Virus record (IMG/VR): IMGVR_UViG_3300013383_000018
Length of the DNA: 21,663 bases
From: a virus
Lineage: Duplodnaviria > Heunggongvirae > Uroviricota > Caudoviricetes
Strand: one strand, 5' to 3'
The position numbers and the translations under genes are program-made. The notes below the pieces were generated by a model, which ran no database searches, was not told the origin of the DNA, and worked only from the letters and a program-made list of their open reading frames with translations. Position 1 is the stretch's first letter; each line of letters opens with the position of its first letter. Below, piece by piece: positions 1-4,620 of this stretch.

Positions 1-660
1 ATACTCAGAGACGCTCTTCGCGGTTCCGAGCGCACCGAAATAATGAATGACGATGTACTTCGGAGTCATGTTGCCTGAACGGAAGTTAACCGTTGTCAGG
101 TTGTCTACAATTTTCAACTTGCATCCTCCTTCCTGTTCTGGTGTGTTGATTTGGATTTTGCCAGCGAACTTGTCGTAATAGGCTTGTCCGTAGCTGGCTC
201 GTTTTTCTTGGACGCTCTGCCCCTGATTGGCAGGACGCTCAAATTGAAGAAGAACTGCATTGGATGCCTCACGAACAGATGATGCACTCTTGAGGGTGCT
301 CAGCAGCCCAGAATAGCCCACAGACAGCTCTTTAAGCAGGAAGTTGAGCTGGGCATCCATGTCCCCTACGGACGCTCCTGCGGCTTTACAGGAGGCAAGG
401 AGGGCATCCTTGCGCGACCAGTACGTCCACTGGGCTAATCCGTAACCGGCACTGTCTTTCACAAAGTTGGAATAACTGCCACTATCGACGGCGGCAGTGT
501 ATTCCTCATCAGTCATGCCAAGTTTCTTCTCATATGTATTTTGGAGGTTCTTGGGATTCAGTCCGCTCTCTGCGAAAAGATTCCCCATCAAACCCGCGAC
601 GCCGAAATCATTCAGACCAGCAGATTTCAGATAGCGCCAGATTTTTTCGTCGGCGTTCAT
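1..660 (-). CDS. Endolysin, 5' part (runs off the left edge): phage-tail-lysozyme-like (Phage_lysozyme2-type) domain followed by the start of an N-acetylmuramoyl-L-alanine amidase (Amidase_2-type) domain
   Basis: Not in the ORF track because it has no stop in the window. Manual translation from ATG 660 (RBS AGGAGGT at 668-674) is open for 220 codons: MNADEKIWRYLKSAGLNDFGVAGLMGNLFAESGLNPKN...SAGYGLAQWTYWSRK...LLQFERPA...MTPKYIVIHYFGALG. GNLxAESGL, GYGLAQWT and FERP fit the lysozyme-2 family, and PKYIVIHY fits the Amidase_2 first Zn-ligand strand. Confidence 0.88.
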   Translation of the reverse strand, partial: MNADEKIWRYLKSAGLNDFGVAGLMGNLFAESGLNPKNLQNTYEKKLGMTDEEYTAAVDSGSYSNFVKDSAGYGLAQWTYWSRKDALLASCKAAGASVGDMDAQLNFLLKELSVGYSGLLSTLKSASSVREASNAVLLQFERPANQGQSVQEKRASYGQAYYDKFAGKIQINTPEQEGGCKLKIVDNLTTVNFRSGNMTPKYIVIHYFGALGTAKSVSEY

Positions 661-696
661 GCGAACCACCTCCTCGATAAAAGCATTGTTTTATAA

Positions 697-1122
697 TCAG
701 ACAATCTTGTAATGCGGCTTCTCTTCGCCGAAAAACCAATAACGAAGATAATCGTCAAACACGATTGCCACGACAGATAAGCCAACCCATGCAAAATAGA
801 ACGGTAGACAGACTTGCCCCAAAATGTTAAGAGGGAGTCCAGAATAATCCCAGACACCCAGCTTTAACCATATATTCACGATAACGCCGGTGATAAACTC
901 AAGGCAGGTCACCATTGTTCCGCCGATTAAGGCTTGCCACACGATTCCTAATTCCCACGGGAAGAGCTCGTTGATTAAACCAATAGAAACAAAGCACAGT
1001 CCACCGAGAATAAACATGGATGGATGACTGTGCCCCCGCCAAAGCATCTCAATGCCGACATAGATTGCACCGCCGATAACAGCAAGCACAAGCAGTTTGA
1101 GACATACCTTCAGCCGCTTCAT
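697..1122 (-). CDS. 141-aa membrane protein with about 4 TM segments, resembling the putative ABC-transporter type IV / CmpB-like permease family
   Basis: Four hydrophobic stretches, with motifs YVGIEMLWRGHSH, LEFITGVIVN and WDYSGLPLNILGQVCL. The start lies 1 nt after the upstream stop (TAA-T-ATG), suggesting translational coupling. Confidence 0.7.
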   Translation of the reverse strand: MKRLKVCLKLLVLAVIGGAIYVGIEMLWRGHSHPSMFILGGLCFVSIGLINELFPWELGIVWQALIGGTMVTCLEFITGVIVNIWLKLGVWDYSGLPLNILGQVCLPFYFAWVGLSVVAIVFDDYLRYWFFGEEKPHYKIV

Positions 1123-1123
1123 A

Positions 1124-1693
1124 TTAGTTGCCCAGCTTTTCTGTGATAGCGTTCATCTGAGCCTGTGCAACAGCAAGCTTTGCGTTCATCTCAGACAGGT
1201 ACGGCTCTGGCAGCGTCATGCCGTATGTAACAGCAGAGATTTCTTCAGCACCTTCCAGTGACTGTACATACGCTTTCAAAGCATTGTGATAAGTTGTCTG
1301 AGTGGTAATAAGAGTTTGCACCGCAATATAGATTTGGGCAATCTCAGCGGCTGTGTAGATACGGCAGATACCACCGTCTGATTGATATGGGAACTCTGTG
1401 CCACCAAGTTCAACGACACGGAACAGGTTTGCAATATTCGCTTGGTCTTCGATGCTGAGATTGAAATGGACTTCACCTTGAGTCAGCTCCAAATCGATGC
1501 CAGCAACAATGATAGCGTTGCAGCTCTTTGAGATTTCTGCAATCTTCGCCGCCTTGATAACAGCAAGAGAATTGTCTTCGCCGACAATTTCAATCACATC
1601 TTCCATCGTGACCCAGCCTCGCTCAACAGCCTTCAGAAGACCATTCATATCAATAGCGCCAGACTGGTACATAGCTTTCAGTTTTTCTTTCAT
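1124..1693 (-). CDS. Putative tail-fibre assembly chaperone: XkdX-like N-terminus fused to a DUF4376-like domain
   Basis: RBS GGAGGTG. The first ~38 aa (MKEKLKAMYQSGAIDMNGLLKAVERGWVTMEDVIEIVG) resemble XkdX peptides. The rest (AKIAEISKSCNAIIVAGI...HFNLSIEDQANI...TTYHNALKAYV) resembles DUF4376. Recognised by eye. Confidence 0.6.
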   Translation of the reverse strand: MKEKLKAMYQSGAIDMNGLLKAVERGWVTMEDVIEIVGEDNSLAVIKAAKIAEISKSCNAIIVAGIDLELTQGEVHFNLSIEDQANIANLFRVVELGGTEFPYQSDGGICRIYTAAEIAQIYIAVQTLITTQTTYHNALKAYVQSLEGAEEISAVTYGMTLPEPYLSEMNAKLAVAQAQMNAITEKLGN

Positions 1694-1696
1694 TGA

Positions 1697-1966
1697 TTAC
1701 ACCTCCAGCGCAGAAAGAATCAGTTCGTCAACAAGGTCACGTTGATGGGCGACCAAAGAGCCGCCGTCACATTTGGCAACGACTACAGTGCCAGCACCCT
1801 CAATTTCGTCGTGACCAACCAGATTATACGGTTCGCTGTTGAATGCTACGCCAATCGCTTCGTCAACAGAGCATGGCGTAAAACTGCCGCTGTTGCCAAT
1901 TTTGATATACAGAACGGAGTCGGTCATACCAAGCTCGGTTCCGTCCAGTGTGATAATTCGATACAT
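1697..1966 (-). CDS. 89-aa hypothetical phage protein (position suggests a fibre-associated chaperone)
   Basis: RBS GGAGGT, ATG directly after the upstream TAA, and 3 nt from the next gene. Function inferred from synteny only. Confidence 0.7.
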   Translation of the reverse strand: MYRIITLDGTELGMTDSVLYIKIGNSGSFTPCSVDEAIGVAFNSEPYNLVGHDEIEGAGTVVVAKCDGGSLVAHQRDLVDELILSALEV

Positions 1967-2368
1967 TTAAGCAACCTCCTTTGCTCCTACCAACTTTGCG
2001 ATGTGTCGGAGCGTATCAATATCGGCGTTGAAGAAATCATGGTTCCACAGCCAGAAGTCTGCGTACTCAATGCGCTTATACGGCTGACAGGTTGGGTCTT
2101 CCCAGACCTTGTCCCATCGATTTTGATAATTCGCATCGCGCTTTGCGAGCGTCTTTTGAATGGCTTGTGTTAATTTTCCACGGAGCATTCCTGCGCCATC
2201 GTCGTCACGGGCAAAGAACTGATGCGCGTTCTCGCTTGTTACAACGCAGAGGAGCTTGTCACCGTAAAAGATATATCCATTGGCTTCTTCACACATGGTC
2301 ATAGCGGGAAGATTTACTTCGCCGCAAATTGCTTTGTCCTTGAAGCGTCTATGCACAACATATTTCAT
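1967..2368 (-). CDS. 133-aa hypothetical protein overlapping the RT 3' end (start revised from 2479 to 2368)
   Basis: ATG at 2368 (MKYVVHRRFKDKAICG...) is preceded by GAGGAAAAAAGG and overlaps the RT stop (2349-2351) by 20 nt. The 37-aa extension in the ORF track lies inside RT and is probably not translated. Confidence 0.75.
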   Translation of the reverse strand: MKYVVHRRFKDKAICGEVNLPAMTMCEEANGYIFYGDKLLCVVTSENAHQFFARDDDGAGMLRGKLTQAIQKTLAKRDANYQNRWDKVWEDPTCQPYKRIEYADFWLWNHDFFNADIDTLRHIAKLVGAKEVA

Positions 2369-3518
2369 CCTTTTTTCCTCTTTCTCTAAAGTTTTCAATT
2401 CGCTCCGGCGAAAAACCGAAAACCGAATAAAAAAGCCTACGCAACCGAAGCACGCGATTGTGGTCGTCGTAGGATTCAAAGTATGCGAGCATTCCGTTCA
2501 CCGAAGTCCAGAGGTCATCGTATGACATTTCTCCATTCTGGATTTTTGTACGGAATGCTTTTATTTTTCTTCGTGCCCGCTTTACTCCATCACGATTTCC
2601 GTTCATCACAACACGACCAGTTTCGGTCAAAATAAATTTTGCTTTGCAATAACGGAACGGCTTTGTGAGCGGGATAATTCTTGACTTTGCTTTGCTGACA
2701 GTTAGCTTGAGACTCTCTGCCTTTGCCACAATCAGAGCCATGATTTCTTTAGCGTCTCGGTCAGGTGGAACAATGACGTAATAATCGTCCATGTAATGAC
2801 CGGCGCACTTGATAGAGAGCTGGCATTTGATAAAGTTGTCCAGTGCAGACGGAAACGCAATCATTTCTGCCTGACTTGGTTCAACACCAAGGGGCAGACC
2901 AACTCCGCCCGAAACAGTGTTGACAACATCGTCTCCGATTTTTCTGATATCTGGGTTCAGCAATAGCTTCTCATGCCGCTTGAAGATTTCTTCATGGGAC
3001 ACAGATGGGAAGAACTGTTTGAAGTCAATCAGAATCACATTCCCATCTCGTCCATAACGACGGAAGTGCCAGCGTAAGTCCTCTTTTAACATTCTCTTTG
3101 AGAACTCAAAGCCCTTGCCTTCAAGACTGGCGCCGTTGTTGTAAATCATCTCAGGACGATACAACGGTAGAAGTACCTTCTTGGTATAAACCTTGTGGAC
3201 TTGACGGTCTTGGATTCTCGGTGCATCAATAGGGCGGGTCTTGCCGCGCTCTGAAATCGTGAAATGTACATATGCACCCGGAATCCATTTTCGCTCAAGC
3301 AATAAACGTCGTCTGCGTGCTGTTCCAGAGAATAGGTGCATCTCAAAACGTTGAGTGCTATTCTTCCAACGAACACCGTTGCAGCATTTCTTTCCGGCTT
3401 TGTACATATCATCGTATCCAAAGACATCATGCAGACCGCCAACTGTGGCGGCACGCCTTAACCTATTCTCTTCGCGCCTTGTCTTACGCCTTTCGTAACG
3501 TCCTTTACGTCTACTCAT
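2349..3518 (-). CDS. DGR reverse transcriptase (389 aa)
   Basis: RT motifs QDRQVHK, LIDFKQFFPSV, GLPLGVEPSQ (the GxPxGxxxSQ form typical of DGR RTs) and YMDD. No group II intron maturase/endonuclease tail. Adjacent to TR and avd. RBS GGAGGGTG at 3529-3536. Confidence 0.96.
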   Translation of the reverse strand: MSRRKGRYERRKTRREENRLRRAATVGGLHDVFGYDDMYKAGKKCCNGVRWKNSTQRFEMHLFSGTARRRRLLLERKWIPGAYVHFTISERGKTRPIDAPRIQDRQVHKVYTKKVLLPLYRPEMIYNNGASLEGKGFEFSKRMLKEDLRWHFRRYGRDGNVILIDFKQFFPSVSHEEIFKRHEKLLLNPDIRKIGDDVVNTVSGGVGLPLGVEPSQAEMIAFPSALDNFIKCQLSIKCAGHYMDDYYVIVPPDRDAKEIMALIVAKAESLKLTVSKAKSRIIPLTKPFRYCKAKFILTETGRVVMNGNRDGVKRARRKIKAFRTKIQNGEMSYDDLWTSVNGMLAYFESYDDHNRVLRLRRLFYSVFGFSPERIENFRERGKKDEICCA

Positions 3519-3955
3519 AAAAATTATTCACCCTCCGTACAGATGTCTTGTAGGGCATCGTCTAATCTGCTTAATTTATGACACATGAAACGAGGTAAGA
3601 TGCATCTCTCGCCATGCACGCACGGAGACTCCGGCGGCGTTCGTGTCAAAATATCAAAGGGTAGTTTCGGATTTTCATCACGGGAAGTATTTCTCCTTTC
3701 GTAAGGGTCATAGTTCACCCTTTGGGCTACTACGATTGACCCAGACCATTTCTGGTTTACGAAATCCGGGGCGACGCCGTTGGAATACCTTGCGTTGTTA
3801 TTGTTCGCGTTGCCGTTCGTGTTCACATTGCAGAAGTTGTTGCTGTTGTTGTAATTAGGAGAACGCTCCCACCACCAAGCAGTGGAACAGAGAGAGGCAA
3901 AAGCCTCCCAACCGACAGGTTTTACAGAAATACACCCATAAATTTTCATAGACGT
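3519..3955 (-). ncRNA. Putative DGR template RNA (TR plus structured flanks/spacer between avd and RT)
   Basis: Lies between avd and RT as in Bordetella BPP-1. Stems 3' of TR on the minus strand: ACCA-GAAA-TGGT (3745-3756), AAGGGT/ACCCTT (3703-3722), and CAAAGGGT/ACCCTTTG (3717-3724 with 3655-3662). Boundaries are inferred. Confidence 0.6.
3761..3888 (-). repeat. DGR template repeat (TR), 128 nt
   Basis: Ungapped match to 4630-4757 with 19 mismatches, every one at a coding-strand A of this copy. In the VR frame it reads STAWWWERSPNYNNSNNFCNVNTNGNANNNNARYSNGVAPDF, with 14 AAY codons and 37 adenines. Confidence 0.97.
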
Positions 3956-4411
3956 TTACCGGCTCTTATCGCTTTTCAACACATTGGTCAAAAGACCATT
4001 TTCTGCATCGATTAAATCACCAAGTTCCTGCGCCATGTGCTCCAGCTTTTTCTTCGCGTCTGACGCACCGACAGAGTTTCCGCTACCGGTCGTAAAACAA
4101 CCGGACGGGTTCGTCATCATCAAGTCGTAACAATGAGCAAGGTGGACATCAAGAGCCATCAGGGAGGCTCTCGCTTCGAGCAGATGCTGCTTACGAAGTT
4201 CTTTTCGTGCCGCATCAGATGGATAGATGCTGTTTGCTTTTTCTGCGTGGTCTACAACTTCTGAGGCAAGCTCCGACACGGACTTAGATACGAGCCGGGA
4301 GTACCGAGATGACAACCTCGACAGGAAAGCGATGGTTTGGATGTAGATTTTGTTCGCCACGTTGACGAATTCAGCCTTACTTTCAGACCTGTGTGCTTTT
4401 AGGACTGACAT
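3956..4411 (-). CDS. avd: DGR accessory variability determinant (Avd-like four-helix-bundle protein, 151 aa)
   Basis: Size, predicted all-helical sequence, MSVLKAHRSES start and position immediately 5' of TR/RT. Strong RBS GAAAGGAG at 4419-4426. Confidence 0.85.
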   Translation of the reverse strand: MSVLKAHRSESKAEFVNVANKIYIQTIAFLSRLSSRYSRLVSKSVSELASEVVDHAEKANSIYPSDAARKELRKQHLLEARASLMALDVHLAHCYDLMMTNPSGCFTTGSGNSVGASDAKKKLEHMAQELGDLIDAENGLLTNVLKSDKSR

Positions 4412-4483
4412 AAGAATCTCCTTTCGTTCTTGGATTTATTAGCTCCGAATGCACTATTCTGGAGCCGTTCGCCACTAATCGCA

Positions 4484-4560
4484 AAGGGTGTACCCTTGCT
4501 AATTATAGGATGGGGAGGGGGACGAGGTTCCCTTGCATTTACCGCAGAGGGTGTACCGTC
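4484..4560 (-). promoter_or_regulatory. Candidate promoter/operator region for avd-TR-RT: TATAAT between two 14-bp palindromes
   Basis: TATAAT on the minus strand at 4502-4507. AAGGGTGTACCCTT at 4484-4497 and GAGGGTGTACCGTC at 4547-4560. No consensus -35 (GAACCT at 17-nt spacing). Confidence 0.4.
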
Positions 4561-4584
4561 CCTCTCCCTTAATGATTTGAACAC

Positions 4585-4600
4585 GCCCACTTCCGTGGGC
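4585..4600 (-). other. DGR target-recognition hairpin/cruciform downstream of VR
   Basis: GCCCAC-GGAA-GTGGGC is a perfect 6-bp GC-rich stem with a GRNA loop, 20 nt after the target stop. It matches the hairpin type required 3' of IMH in BPP-1, and there is no equivalent after TR. Confidence 0.75.
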
Positions 4601-4620
4601 TTGATACTGTTGATGCAGGA

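Noticed and set aside
688-699. TATAAT/TATAAA before the endolysin as a promoter
   Set aside because: No -35 or correctly spaced extended -10 on either strand in this AT-rich spacer.
2349-3518. RT as a group II intron, retron or Abi RT
   Set aside because: There is no maturase/endonuclease domain or intron domain V, and no msr-msd inverted repeats were seen. The TR/VR pair, avd and the SQ motif explain it as a DGR RT.
4486-4551. Possible G-quadruplex on the plus strand (GGG, GGGG, GGGGG, GGG)
   Set aside because: Two of the loops are over 20 nt, and the outer G-runs are better explained as parts of the palindromes.
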